Source: Lama guanicoe
Taxonomy: Eukaryota
Reading direction: 5' to 3'
Assembly (NCBI GenBank): GCA_013239625.1
Contig: MU056000.1
Location: 9,745,175-9,809,174, forward strand
Length of the DNA stretch: 64,000 nucleotides
The notes beneath the pieces were generated by a model. The model saw only the letters and a program-made list of their open reading frames with translations, was not told the origin of the DNA and searched no databases. This document shows positions 25,848 to 38,606 of this stretch, piece by piece. How positions within the stretch are numbered: the first letter of the stretch is position 1; every line of letters starts with the position of its first letter. A program made the translations under genes and the position numbers.

Positions 25848-26288
25848 GATCAGAACATTATAATATTAGATGCATAAGGCAAATTGCAGAACATTGTAAT
25901 ATTGAGTTGTAGGGGGAAAAAACTGAGTATTTAGAACCATCTGCCTAGCAGGACCCATCAGTGTTGATGAGGCTGTTAAAACAAAGGATGAAACAGAATT
26001 AATCACTGAATATAAAGATGCAGGTTTTGTGGGTAGTGGTGATCTGGATGTCACTCTTGTAATTTTCATATATTGCTTGCCTTCCAGAAAAGAATTAATA
26101 CTTGAGCTGTGACCAGATAAAAACATTTGTTTTAAGGAAGCTACAAAATTAGACTCAAAAGGCATAAAAGTAATATTGGAAAAAGATAGAGTGTAGAAAA
26201 TAGTCCATGCTGGCAGGAATTTAAATTCTTTTGAAAAAAATTTTGAAATCATAGTTCTCCCTTTTCAAGTCTTTAAAATGTTAAAATT

Positions 26289-27036
26289 AACCCTCCTACA
26301 CTGCTGGTGGGAATGCAGTTTGGTGCAGCCACTGTGGAAAACAGTATGGAGATTCCTCGAAAGACTAGGAATAGACTTACCATTTGACCCAGGACTCCCA
26401 CTCCTGGGCATATACCCAGAAGGAACCCTACTTCAAAAAGACACCTGCACTCCAATGTTCATAGCAGCACTATTTACAATAGCCAAGACATGGAAACAGC
26501 CTAAATGTCCATTAACAGATGACTGGATAAAGAAGCTGTGGTATATTTATACAATGGAATATTAGTCAGCCATAAAAACCGACAACATAACGCCATTTGT
26601 AGCAAACTGGATGCTCCTGGAGAATGTCATTCTAAGTGAATTAAGTGAGAAAGAGAAAGAAAAATACCATATGAGATTGCTCATATGTGGAATTTAAAAA
26701 AGAACATAAATACAAAACAGAAACAGGCTCAAGAACATAGAATACAAACTTGTGGTTGCCAAGGGGAAGGTGGGTGGGAAGGGATATACTGAGAGTTCAA
26801 AATTTGTAGATACTGACAGGCATATGTAGAATAGATAAACAAGATTATACTGTATAGCACAGGGAAATATATACAAGATCTTGTGGTAGCTCATAGTGAA
26901 AAAAAATGTGATAATGAATATATGTATGTTCATGTATAACTGAAAAATTGTGCTCTACACTGGAATTTGAAATAACATTGTAAAATGACTATAACTCAAT
27001 AAAAAATGTTTAAAAAAAAGAAAAAGAAAAAACAAA
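26289..27036 (+). mobile_element. Young 5'-truncated L1 with 14-bp TSD
   Basis: ORF2 C-terminus [18 protein letters not shown]...CTPMFIAALFTIAKTWKQPKCP..DDWIKKLWYIYTMEY; poly-A; TSD aaaatgttaaaatt at 26275-26288 and 27037-27050; TTT/AAAA target. Confidence 0.95.
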
Positions 27037-29557
27037 AAAATGTTAAAATTGACTTTAATAGGGAGACCCACTACTAGAGCCATATTTTTTCTGAAGTGTT
27101 TGAGACAAAAAGATTTATCTTAAAAATATTCTTTGGAGACAAATTTTTTCCTATCTGATAATCTCAGATTCCCAAATTTTGGCAGAATAATTCTTGAAAG
27201 GAAAGTCAGAGTTCTGGAACTGACTAGAACTGATGACAGCAAAAGAGTGGCTTAAAAATGACAGATTACGAAGAATCTGTCTCCTGGAACATTTGCTCCA
27301 AGCAGCATCTGTTGCCTTGGCTCAAACAGGGAAGAAAAGCAAGGCCAATGCGTCAACTTACTAAGGTGACCCGCTGAGTCAAACTATCACAGCCCCAAAG
27401 ATTTTGAATATTTTCTAGGACTTTACTCAGGAAAAAAAAATACTAATTTTAAATGAAGCTCTCAAAAGTTACTAATAGAAAGGCATAAAATCTTTAAGGT
27501 CCAACTGCTCACCTTAGGAGCTGGGGGAATCTTTTAAAATTACTTAAACTCTGTGAGCTTCAGTATCTCCATTAAGATATTGAAAAACTACATCCTAGGA
27601 TTTGTGTGTGTGTGTGTGTATGTTAAATACGATAACATATGTAAAATCCCAAGTCTGGGACGGCATATAACAAATATGATAAATAATATTGTCATTGTTT
27701 TTATCTGTATTCAATATTTAAAGCTCTACTCCTGTAACATTCTGTTTATATGAACTGATATTTACTGGTTTTCACAGAGTTTCCAAGAAGAAGTCCCAGT
27801 AGAATGAAACTGAATGGAATCTAAATTGCTACTCTTGCAATTAATATTTAAGTTTATTCACTTCCAGAAGTCACTTGGCCCTTCTGTAGGAATTGTAAGA
27901 TGACAGAGAACCGCCCCTCACTGTCTCCATGACTAACTAGCAAAGGAGAGGTTCTGACTGGGTTTAAGGTGTGTCCTTAACCTCTCTTTACTTGGGAAGT
28001 GGGAGATTGTAAGTGAATTCCCTCCAGGAATAAGTGAAGTTAGAGGCCTTGGCCTGTGTTTCCTAATACATTGAGCAGAATTTCCCAATGATAACCTGCA
28101 CTAGCGTTGCCCTCTGCTTATCTCTACGCAGGGAACACGTAGCATCCATGTAAGTACGTTTATTTCTCTGACTGCCAATAGGAGGAACCTGACAAACTGA
28201 ACGTTCCCAGATGCTGGATGCTCCCAAGAACACAGGAAGGCACGCCCTGGACAGGCTTCTCAGAAAAGAAGCATAGTTCCAGCCACGAGTAGAAGATTCC
28301 CCTCCTGATGGTGCTCTCTTTACTTCCTACGGTAAAAGCTAGGTTGTCCTGCGACTGCGCGGAGCCTGAAATGTACTGAACACAGGGGAGGAGGTATCTT
28401 TGTCCTTACGTAAGCCTTGTCAGAACATCCATTATTTTGTACTGATTTCAGCTCATTTTACGTAAAGTTACTTCTACAAAGTAAATACTCCCCACTGTGA
28501 ATTCTGCATAATTCCTTTAAAGACACTTATATAAGCTTGCCCGGAAAAATTTGCAAAGGATGCCCATCCTTTTCATTGCATGAGGTGGTTATAATTCAGT
28601 CAATATCAGAATGTGCAATTGTGAGCTATGCTGGAGTCTTCAATGGTCCCAAAATCCATCATGTCAGACAGCATGACATCAGTTATTTGCTCTAAAAATC
28701 TCTGAGCCAAGTGAGTCTCCCCTCTTTTGAGTTGCTCTAGGACCCCAAGGGCCTCCACAACTGAATACATGGTCCTGCTACGGTAACCGTGAGAAAATAA
28801 AATGGGACCTGCAACTCTAGCCCTGTATTCTTGATTATTTTTAGCATGATTATTAAGTTCCAAGGGTTTAGAAGTGTAAATGGACTTTAATTGATGGTAG
28901 AGAGAGAGTGGACTCATACAAAAGCAAAATAATCAACTAAGCCATAAGGTGTGATTTTTGAGGCATCAGGGTTTCATTTTCAAAACACGTACTTCCCTCT
29001 CCAGCTGCTAAAGACTGAGTGTCACTGAATGGTGGAAGGATGTGGACACATGTGAAGCTTAGAAATGTAACTATTTCAAGGGCAACACTGACATATTCTC
29101 AAATTACATTAAATATCCAATGATACCCAGTTCCTTTCCTGAGGGACAAAGGAGGATCTCCCTACAGTCAAGATCAGCCACCAGCAACTGTGTGTCGACC
29201 CTGCCTCCTTCGCTGGATTCCCCAGCAGGAGATCTTAGACATTATTGGTGGATCCTGTGCTACAGTTTTCTATGTTTCTTTTTTTCAAGTTGACAGAAGG
29301 GAAAAAAATGTCCAGCAGCCTCACAACAGACTTAGGATCTTTGTAGGGAGTTTATGCTTAAGGCTCATGCAATTCTGACTAGAGGAGAATCACAGAGGAG
29401 AAAGAAACATCCTGTGCCTGGCTTATCACCAGCTCTCCCTGTGGACTCGGGTGTAACAGCAGAAGCTGAAGGCCCGGTGCTGAATGAAAAGAGAAGCCCA
29501 GGTGACCTAGAGACCCCTGGCCAGCACACATCAAGCAGCTCCCCCAAGGAGGCTTAC

Positions 29558-29737
29558 CTTCAGAGGCAACACCTCTCTGTTTATAGAAAAGAAGGAAGCC
29601 ATGGCCTTGGTCCAGGAACAAAGACCTGCGACGTTCCCACACACACGTTTAGCCGTCTCGATGTTGTAGTCTGCCATTTCAAAGTAGGGATTCAGAAATT
29701 CTATCACTTCTTCATTGATCGTGTCTTTTGGGAATTG
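29558..29737 (-). CDS. DNAH5: DNAH5 coding exon (~exon 60), 180 nt, MTBD / coiled coil 2
   Basis: [60 protein letters not shown]; tag/gtaag. Confidence 0.95.
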
Positions 29738-30949
29738 CTATGGAGAAAATGGAGTAAAATAAAGTCAAAATGCTTCTTGCCATATGCTCACAATGCCATT
29801 GAAACCATTAAAAAATAAGAATGAATGAATGACATCTTATTTTGTCAATATTTCAAAATATTAGACAAAAGTCATATATATTTCGACACATATAAACATA
29901 CATACATTTAGCATTATGTATAAAGCAAATATATAAAGCATATATATTTAGCAGCAACCAAGTGCTTGCTTAATACATGTAGACAGAGGTTCTAGTAAAC
30001 TTACCTAAAATGTGAGGATTAAAAAATAAGTTGGACATGAGGCCTTGAGGGTGATGAATTCATTTTTAATCATAGAACTATCAAGATTATGAGAGAACTG
30101 TTCTCTTCTGGAGGGATAACATTTTCAAATGCTTGAAATAAATTCAAAATGATAGTTTTTCTCTCCTGTGAATTTTCACTATTGAAATTATTAAAGGAAC
30201 ACTAAAGTTTCAAAAAATAATAAAAAATAAAAATAGTAGCAGAAACAGATTAAGAATACCTTCCAGCATCAAAAGAGAAGACTGACCAAACAATAAAATT
30301 GGACCTTTTAAAAGCGGTGTTTGATCATCTAAATGAGGGTGATTAAATGTTTTCCAAGTAGAAAGAAGTTTAGCACCTAAATAATTCAGAGAAAAAAGCC
30401 TTCACAGAATATACACTACGTAGAGTGAAATATACTCTCGTTCAGTTCTCTTTTAATGCAAGTTTCTCTTACGAGATTTAAAAAATAGTGAAGCCAGAAA
30501 AATATCTGGGTGCATAGAAGGGTGGTGGTGGCAAAAGGCAACTAGCAAGGTAGCTCCTAAGAGCAGTGGCTCTGTACCAGGTATATATAAGGCAAGTACA
30601 ATTCCACTGTCACATTTTTCAGTGAACACTTTTTGAGCCACCCCCCCACCCCGATCCTGCCGTCACCACTGACACTCCACACTCTCACAATCAGATGAAT
30701 CACCACCTCCTCTCCACTCAGATAGCACGTTATTCCTTCATGGTGGCACCTGCATCCTGGAGTCTCATATTTTAGTTATCTGAGACAAATCTGTATGGCC
30801 TACTGGTTTCATAAGCTTCTTGTTATAGCTGCTCTAAGGGGCTTCACAAGATGCTCCGGCCATAGCATCCACATGGGCAATGCTGAATTAAAAACTGAAT
30901 GATAGATAGCGCTAGGAAGTTGGGTGGGTGTTGCCAATTCATTGTCTCA

Positions 30950-32480
30950 AGATCCAAATATGAAAGCTAAAACAATAAAATTTCTAGAATAAAACACAGA
31001 AGCATTTATTCTGCCTTAGAGATGGGCAAAGATTTCCTAAACAGAACACAGAAGGCACTATTAAGGAATATAGTGATAAACTGGACCATACTAAACTTAA
31101 GAACATTTGCTTATCAAAAGACATTATTAATGGAATGAACAACTAAAGCAAAAAGAGGGAGAAAATATTCGCAAACATATAAATGACAAATTACTCCTAT
31201 TTTACATATAAAGAAATTCTACAAAGTAATAAATAATTTAAATGGACAAAAGACCTGAACAGGCTCTCAACAAAAGAATTCCCAAGGGGCTCATCAGCTG
31301 ATGAAAAGATTCTCAACATCATCAGTTATTAGGAAGATGCAAACTAAGGCCACAGTAATGAGACACTACTACAAACCCCTCAGAAGAGCTAGAAGTAGAA
31401 AACGGTCAAGATGTGGAGCAACTTACACACTGTCGGTGGGTGTGGAAACCGATACGACAACTTGTGAAAACTCTCTGGCACTATCTACTCAGGCTCATTA
31501 AATGTATAACCTAAGACCCAGAAATTCCACTCCTGAGTACAGAGCCAAGAGAAATGCAAATATGCCCACTAAATGACCAGTATTCACTGTAGCTTTATTT
31601 CTAATAGCCCCAAACTAGTAACAACTCAAAAATCCATCAACAGTACAATGCACAAACACATTAAAGCAAATCACAGCAGTTCACACTGGTGCTGACTCAT
31701 ATAAGCTCATGAGAAATGATTGTTCAGTTTCCTGAAACTTCACAAACTGGTTGTTAAACACAGCCATTATTAACAATTAAATTACATAAACTTACAATTA
31801 AATAAGTGTTATTTTAAACAAAAATACTGTACAGGAAAATTTACCACTTTCTAATTACTGCATTTTACTATCTATGTTTTTGAGATCATTTACATTTATT
31901 GTACCTATATGGCAGAGATATCTTATAATAGCATCCTACTATGCACCTCTTCTCAATTCTACATTCGGCAACAGCATTTTGGTAGCCTGAAATAAGCCAC
32001 TGTGAGGATATTTATACCATGAAAATTGGCAAACACTCCAAATCAGAGCTTTTTCTTTTTTCTCCCCAGAGAACAAGTTGCTAAATGTCTGTCACACACT
32101 ACTGCGTTACTCATAGATTGAAAAGCTATATAGCAATGAAAAAAGAATGAACTACTGTCCTGTGCAACAATAAGAAAGAATCTCACAGACATGCTGAAAA
32201 GAGGTCAAAACAAAAGATTCTTATGACATGACGTCATATATGTAAATTTCAAAACAGGCAAAACTAATTTTCAGGATAAAGGTCAGAATAATGGTTATTT
32301 TAGGGGAGATTATTGATCATGTTGGGATACTAGAGATTTCTGGGGTCTGGAAGTGCAAATCTTGATGTCAGTGTTCATTAATAGGTTCATTAATGAATAT
32401 GTAAATATTCATTCATCTCTACACTTAAAATTTGTGCATTTTATCATATGTAAATTATATCTCATAAAACTTAAAAGATG
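30950..32480 (+). mobile_element. Old fragmented L1 (L1M-type), interrupted by a DNA transposon
   Basis: Degenerate ORF2 (MKRFSTSSVIRKMQTKAT...) and 3' UTR-like sequence. Confidence 0.7.
31674..32104 (+). mobile_element. MER63-like hAT-Blackjack element nested in L1
   Basis: ggttgttaaacacagccattatt...aaacttacaattaaataa...ggtagcctgaaat...aaatcagagc resembles the MER63 consensus as recalled. Confidence 0.65.
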
Positions 32481-32727
32481 CAAATCAATACTCAAAAATT
32501 TACTATTGAGACTTGCAAAATATAAATATATGTATGTATTTGTACATACAATATATGCACACATTTTGGTTCCTTAAAATAATTTTTTTAACTTTTACTA
32601 AAATATGTCACTGATGATGCTTTAATACACCTAAAATCTGTCAGGAAAAACTAATGCTTACAAGACCTTATATTTGAAGGAGAAAATTCTACTCTGAAAA
32701 AATACTTACATACATGTTTAAAATATG

Positions 32728-33285
32728 TATGGAGAATATTACTCAGGCTTAAAAAAGAAGGAAATTCTACCACTTATGACAACATGGATGGACCTAGAGG
32801 GTATTATGCTATGTGAAATAAGTCAGACAGAGAAAGACAAATACTACATGATCTCACTTATATGTGGAATCTAAAATACTCAAACTCATAGAAACAGAGA
32901 GTAGAATCAGGGTAGCCTGGGATGAGGGGGAGGAGAAGGAAAGGGGAAGACATTGGTCAGGAGTACAAAGTATCAGTTATGCAAGATGAACAAATAATGG
33001 GGACCTAATATACAGCAATGTGAGTATAATTAACAATATTGTATTGCATACTTGAAATTAGCTAGGAGGGTAGACCTTAAGTGTTCTCACCACAAAAAGG
33101 AAAAACAAAGAAAAAATGGTAACCATGTGAGGTGATAGATATTTAATTGGCTGTTCATTGGATTTAATGGATGGATTGTGGTGATTATTTCACAGTGCAA
33201 CCATATATCAAAACATCAAGTTGTATACCTTAAATATACACAATTTTTATTTATCAATTATACCCCAGTAAAGATGAAAAAACTT
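32728..33285 (+). mobile_element. L1 3' end (L1MA/MB-like)
   Basis: acaacatggatggacctagagggtattatgct...agtcagacagagaaagacaaatact; ends tataccccagtaaag. Confidence 0.85.
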
Positions 33286-33403
33286 AATAAGTAAAAATAC
33301 GCATGTAGGGTAAATTATTTTTAGAAGCGTATTCAATTAAAGGACCCAGATACTCTTATGAAATCTGAGTCCCCTCTTAGCCCATCATTACTAAACTACC
33401 AAC

Positions 33404-33607
33404 CTGTAAATTCTGTAGAAAGTTTCCTGCTGTCATCAGTTTTAAAGATTCCTGCCAGGAAGGAATTGTACAGCTTTTTTCAAGATCAATTTTCACAGCA
33501 TTGACTTTCCTTTGAAACAGCAACAACACACAATCCATGATCCTCATGATGAGATGAGGGGGTCGGCCCAGCGTGCGGACAGTGGCAATGTCTGAAGGCT
33601 TGATGGT
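33404..33607 (-). CDS. DNAH5: DNAH5 coding exon (~exon 59), 204 nt, microtubule-binding domain
   Basis: [68 protein letters not shown]; cag/gttgg. Confidence 0.95.
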
Positions 33608-33669
33608 CTGGGGGAGAAGAAAAGGTTATCATTTAATCTCAGACAAGAAACTGCAGACAAAAGAAACTT

Positions 33670-33820
33670 TGGAGTTGGTTTCTAATCGCATAGTGCTGTG
33701 GTCGGAAAAGATGCTTGATACGATTTCATTTTTCTTAAATTTACTGAGGCTTTGTATAATTGAATCACTTTGCTATACACCTGAAACTAACACAGCATTG
33801 CAAATCAATTATACTTCAAC
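33670..33820. mobile_element. Tiny 5'-inverted L1 insertion
   Basis: Minus strand 33670-33752 encodes the L1 endonuclease C-terminal motif (SSIFSDH); plus strand 33753-33820 is the L1 terminal tail. Confidence 0.75.
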
Positions 33821-35539
33821 AGAGGAAAGCAAGCATCTTTAAGTTTGGTGCAGTCATGGGGGCTAGATGTATATTTAATCCCAAAGAAACACATGCCCCA
33901 CCAAAGTTCAGATTTTTACAGTTCCAGCTGACAGCGAGAGGAGAGACAGTGAGAGACATGTTGGTGAGAAGATAAGGAGCTGTGACTTCTCTAAAATTGT
34001 ACAGACCACTTAGTGTCAGAAAAAAGCTGTCATCTGAAAGGAAAAGAATCTTCAGCACTTAAGTAGATTCCAGGGATTCCAAGTCAGGAAAACTCCAGGA
34101 TTTGCAGTGCTTTTTCACTCATTAGATACGTGGGTCGAGAATCTGCCTCTTTCTCTCTCAAGACCTGTCACCGCAGACTGACACTAGTGAGTAGCCTCGA
34201 GGCTGCCAGATTGAATAATTAGAGGTTTCTTAGTGGGGAATCGACCTTTAAATGATGGGTCTTGAGCCACAGGAATTTCACTAAGCTCTTAGAAGGGTTC
34301 TGTTCCATTTCTAGTACAGAGATTCTTACAGAGTAAATTATCTAATAGTTACCTAGACCCATTGTGGTTGATAATAACTGTTCTATCTCTCACACTCTTT
34401 ATGGAATTGGAAAAATATTAAAAAGAAGCATCTGCAACTGTCCTGTTTCTAAGACATCGTGCACATGCATCCCTTCTAGGTCTTGAAAACCTTCCATCTT
34501 ATTTGCATTTACATTCCTCCTGCCAAAGGAAGGTACCCAACATCCTTCTCATCAAAGGTAATGACCTTTTCTCTGAGGACTGGAAAAAAAAAGAGGGAAA
34601 ATCACAGAACTTGGTAATTAGGAATATAACTATATACACTTGCCTTTGTGAAATCTAAACAGCTGGACGTGAAGGAGAATTTGTGCTAAAGAACTGGAAA
34701 TGGCAGATAGATCTTTATTTGAGAAGAGAAATATAATCGTTGCCAACAGAGAAGCAGGGTCAAAGTGAAGTGATATAAAAGAGCTGGACATGCTTATTTC
34801 ACTTCAGTTTTAAAAGGGGGAGTTTTCAAACAGAACTGGGCTCAATTAAGTTAGGTAGCCAGGAAAAAGGAGATGAGGGGAGGAATATATATGAAATTCA
34901 ACCTATTTCAACTAAGTATTAGATTCCTATTTTTCCTTCAGGCAAAGCAATATGACTATTATATATATATATTTTTGTGTGTGTCTAGTCAGATTAGCAT
35001 TAAGATAGGAAGAGACATTCTTTGCTGTTATCTTATTTGTTGTTTAGATTTATGTAGCCTGATGCCAAAATGTTAGAGTTTAGATGCACCTGGAAATTTC
35101 CTTAGTATAAATTGGAAGTAGCAGATTTCAAAAGCTCACAAAGAGGCAATAAAATGGAGACAGAACATGAAGGAAATTATTGAAAACCTCCCTTACATGC
35201 CCCATCATCGTATTCCTGTTTCCACACATTTCTGCATTGATGATTACATAATGCTGAATATTTTAGTGGTAGAGAGTGCAAAATTAGAGGATACCAGAAA
35301 ATGTTTCAGAATGTCAAGATAGATGCCAAGCTTTTCAAATCTTGGTAAAATGTAGGCCTTTAAGACCTGAGATGCCATGTGCTCTATTCCCATGATGTTG
35401 TTAGGTAACATGTGTCCAATAAAGGTGTAGAAATTTCTTTACACCGTCATCGTTTTCTCTGTTGATCAGAGACTCTCTGCTGATCAGAGACTCTCTGTGA
35501 AGCCAGAGTGTCTTAAAAGGGGCAGGGGAGGATAAGGAT

Positions 35540-36200
35540 CAGGATCTTGAAGAGATACCTGCACCACCATGTTCCTTGCAGCATCACTCACAGTGGCCAA
35601 GATAGGGAAGCAACCTAAAAGTCCACTGATAGACGAATGGATAAAGAAAATGTGATGTCTACATACAAGAGAATATCATTCAGCCTCAAAAAATGGAAAT
35701 TGCAATTTGCAACAACATGGTGGATCCGACATGATGCTAAATGAAATAAGTCAGACAAATAAAGACAAATATTGCATGATCTCATTTATATATGGAATCT
35801 AAAATAGACTCATAGACACAGGGAGGAGAGTGGTGGTTGCCAGGGGCTAGGGGGAAGGGGGAAATGGGGAGGTGATGGTCAAAGGGCACAAAGTTTTAGT
35901 TATGCAAAATAAATAAATTCTAAAGATCTACTATACAGCATAGTGCCTATAGTTAACAACACTCCACTGTACAATTACAATTTGTTAAGAAGGTAGATCT
36001 TGTGTTAAGTGTTCTTACCACAGAAAAAAAAATAGTAATAATAATAACAATAAAAGGAGAAGGAGGAAACTTTGGGAGGTGATGGACATACCTGTGGCCT
36101 TCATAGGTGAACACTTATCACCAAACTCACCAAGTTATATATATTAAATATGTCCAGCTTTTCATATGTCAATCATACCTTCATAAATTGGTTTTTAAAA
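35540..36200 (+). mobile_element. L1 3' end (L1MA-like)
   Basis: gaatggataaagaaaatgtg...gaaataagtcagac...gtagatcttgtgttaagtgttcttacc. Confidence 0.85.
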
Positions 36201-36948
36201 AGTGGTGGGGGTGGAAATGAGGTATCCACCAATCTGAGGGACTAAAGACCCTGGAGGACTTCAAGGATTAAAGAGGACAGCTTAGCCAGTGCAAGGAGGA
36301 ATGGACAAACAATGAGGAAAGATATAACACATATAAGAGTAGCGTGAAAAGTTGCAGAGATAAAAGAGAAGGCAATATCTTCATTGTCTCAAAAGAGCAG
36401 AAATTCATATGTTGTATATTGACTCAGAAAGCATCAAGACTTAACTTGGATCAAAAAGATTCAGAAGTGTTTCAGGCAGTGTGCTGAGAAAGTGGTAAAA
36501 AAAATTAATAATTTAAAAACATTGGCGTGGAGGGTGCAGAGCTTCCACGCCCTCTCCAGCAGTGTGTGAGAGCGTCTATTTCCCTGTAGCTTTCCCATGA
36601 AGTATGGTGTCAAATTTTGAATTTTTGTCATTCTGATAGATGAAATACAGGATATTAATATAGTTTCTAAAAACTATTTGTTGAAGTATAATATACATAC
36701 AGAAATGCACACACCACTAGTATACAGCTCACAGAATTTTCACAGTGAACGCATTTGTACAATCAACACCCAGATCAAAACCAGAAGGTTACTTGCACCA
36801 TCCGCCCCTCCACGTTCCCTTCCAATCGCTGTCTACCTCGCTGCGCCCATTAACCTGACTTCTAATAACAGAGATTAGTTTAATCTCTTTTCATCCGTTT
36901 CATAAATGGAATCATATAATCTGTTTCTCGCTGGGTTGGTTCCTTTGT

Positions 36949-37061
36949 AGGGGTGGGTAATTAGGTTTACTTGTTTATTTAATTTTAACAGAGGTACTGG
37001 GGACTGAACTCAGAACCTCATACGTGCTAAGCACGCACTCTACCACGGAGCTGTACCCTCC
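36949..37061 (-). mobile_element. tRNA-derived SINE, camelid Vic-1-like
   Basis: Minus: ggagggtacagctccgtggtagagtgcgtgcttagcacgtatgaggttctgagttcagtccccagtacctc with A/B-box-like motifs and an aaacctaattacc tail. Confidence 0.8.
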
Positions 37062-37074
37062 TGACCCCCACTGA

Positions 37075-37240
37075 TTATGATTAGCAGCAATGTTTTACCA
37101 AGATGCATGCCTAACTACATATATTTCCCAGTCAAAAAATCCATAAATACTGGCTCCTCCCCAGTTCCTCAGAGCTATTAAGAGACTGTCTTCTGGGCTA
37201 TAGTTCTCAGTAAGGTCCCCAAATAAACTAAAACTCACCA
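37075..37240 (+). mobile_element. Partial ERV LTR (TATA-like box to poly(A) signal)
   Basis: ataaatactggctcctcccc...ctcagagctattaagagactgtcttctgggctatagttctcagtaagg...aataaa. Confidence 0.55.
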
Positions 37241-38054
37241 AAATTTATTATTATTATTGTTGTTGTTGTTGTTGTCGTCATTAATTTCATTATCAAGTAA
37301 TGATGCACGTTCAATTACAATTGTATAACTTGAATTGGCAGTGGACAGATCAGCAGTGTTCTATTCCTCCAGCCACTTTCTAGGCCAAGAACCAATAACA
37401 AGGCAGTGGAGGAGTAAGACTAAAGTAAAAGCAATCTTAACTTGAGTCCAAAAAATCTCAAACTGGGTCCTCAAAGAAGGACCAGCCCTTTAAGGTGCGG
37501 CCTATCTCATATTTTCTCAGAATGCAACCTCCTTTCTAATTTCATCATTTCTGCTATTGCCACACAACCACATTGGATAACGGTGTTGGAAGCCTGGTCC
37601 AACTCTGATGGTCATGAGCTACGTTAGATCAGTAGTCCTTTATTTGGATAATTCATAGAAATACTCAGAGAATACTGTATCTTATAGACTTAATCCAATG
37701 TCCTCAGTGAATGAGTGAAAAAAATGTTATTTTAGAAATTTTACGTGACTTTCCCAATGTCACGGAGCTTACTGGTGACAGAGTTAAACTGAGAACCCAG
37801 GACACTGAACCACCATTCCTCTGACACAGCTCACCACTCATGAGTGAGGAAGATGAGATGTGAAGCAGAAAGTGCAAAATTCAAAAAAAAAAAAAAAAAA
37901 AAAACAACAACAACCCCAAGGGGAAAAAGGGACTCCAGGGGAGAGAGCTCTGGTCTGAAGTGCTGGAACACTTCCTGGATGTGACTCACCTTTTCTGCCT
38001 TAGTCCTCCTCCCAGGCCCTGACAGCTGGCATCTGTTACACCACACAGATGTAC

Positions 38055-38231
38055 CTGTAAGGCTGCCTCTGCTTCTTCTAACGCTGGTTTGGCTGCTTCC
38101 AGCTTTTCCTCAGCAATGGCTTTATCTTTAGAGATGCTGTCGACAATGGCCTGGGCCTTGTCCTTCACCTTCTGTACCTCGGCCTTGACCTTTTCGGCAG
38201 CCTGTGCTTTCATCGTCACTTCTTTTAAGAC
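38055..38231 (-). CDS. DNAH5: DNAH5 coding exon (~exon 58), 177 nt, stalk coiled coil 1
   Basis: [59 protein letters not shown]; tag/gtac. Confidence 0.96.
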
Positions 38232-38491
38232 CTAATTCAACACAAAACAAACGAACAATAAAACTTCCTCAAAAGTCACCAAAGACCCAGTTTGGACATG
38301 CACATTTTGACCTCAAGTTGTTGATTTTCTCCACTTACACAATGTTTCATACATAAAGTCAAGAAAACTGCATTCTAATGGAAATAAATAACGTATACTC
38401 CCATGGTTCTGAGTGAAGGAGCACACGTCATTAACATGCATGAACTGGGAATTCAAAAAAAAACGTGGTCCACACATGAACGCCCACCCAC

Positions 38492-38606
38492 CGTGTCGGC
38501 TTTATCATTGGCCACTTGGAGCTCCTTTTCTTTCACTGCCAGTTCTCTGCTCAGGGCTGCCACAGACTCTGAGGCTTCTTTTAGCTTTTCCAATCCAGTA
38601 TTCATT
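38492..38606 (-). CDS. DNAH5: DNAH5 coding exon (~exon 57), 115 nt, stalk coiled coil 1
   Basis: [38 protein letters not shown]; cag/gtggg. Confidence 0.94.

Noticed and set aside
29354..29818. 154-aa plus-strand ORF as an antisense gene
   Set aside because: Antisense shadow of exon 60 with no independent coding signal.
36985..37061. Possible tRNA gene
   Set aside because: Degenerate boxes and a SINE-specific tail show a tRNA-derived SINE rather than a functional tRNA.
10728..38057. The same 14-mer (cacagatgtacctg) spans two donors (exons 67 and 58); likewise a 13-mer cagttcctgtcaa at two acceptors (exons 66 and 51)
   Set aside because: Partly dictated by splice consensus and codons, with no extended homology; chance is an adequate explanation.
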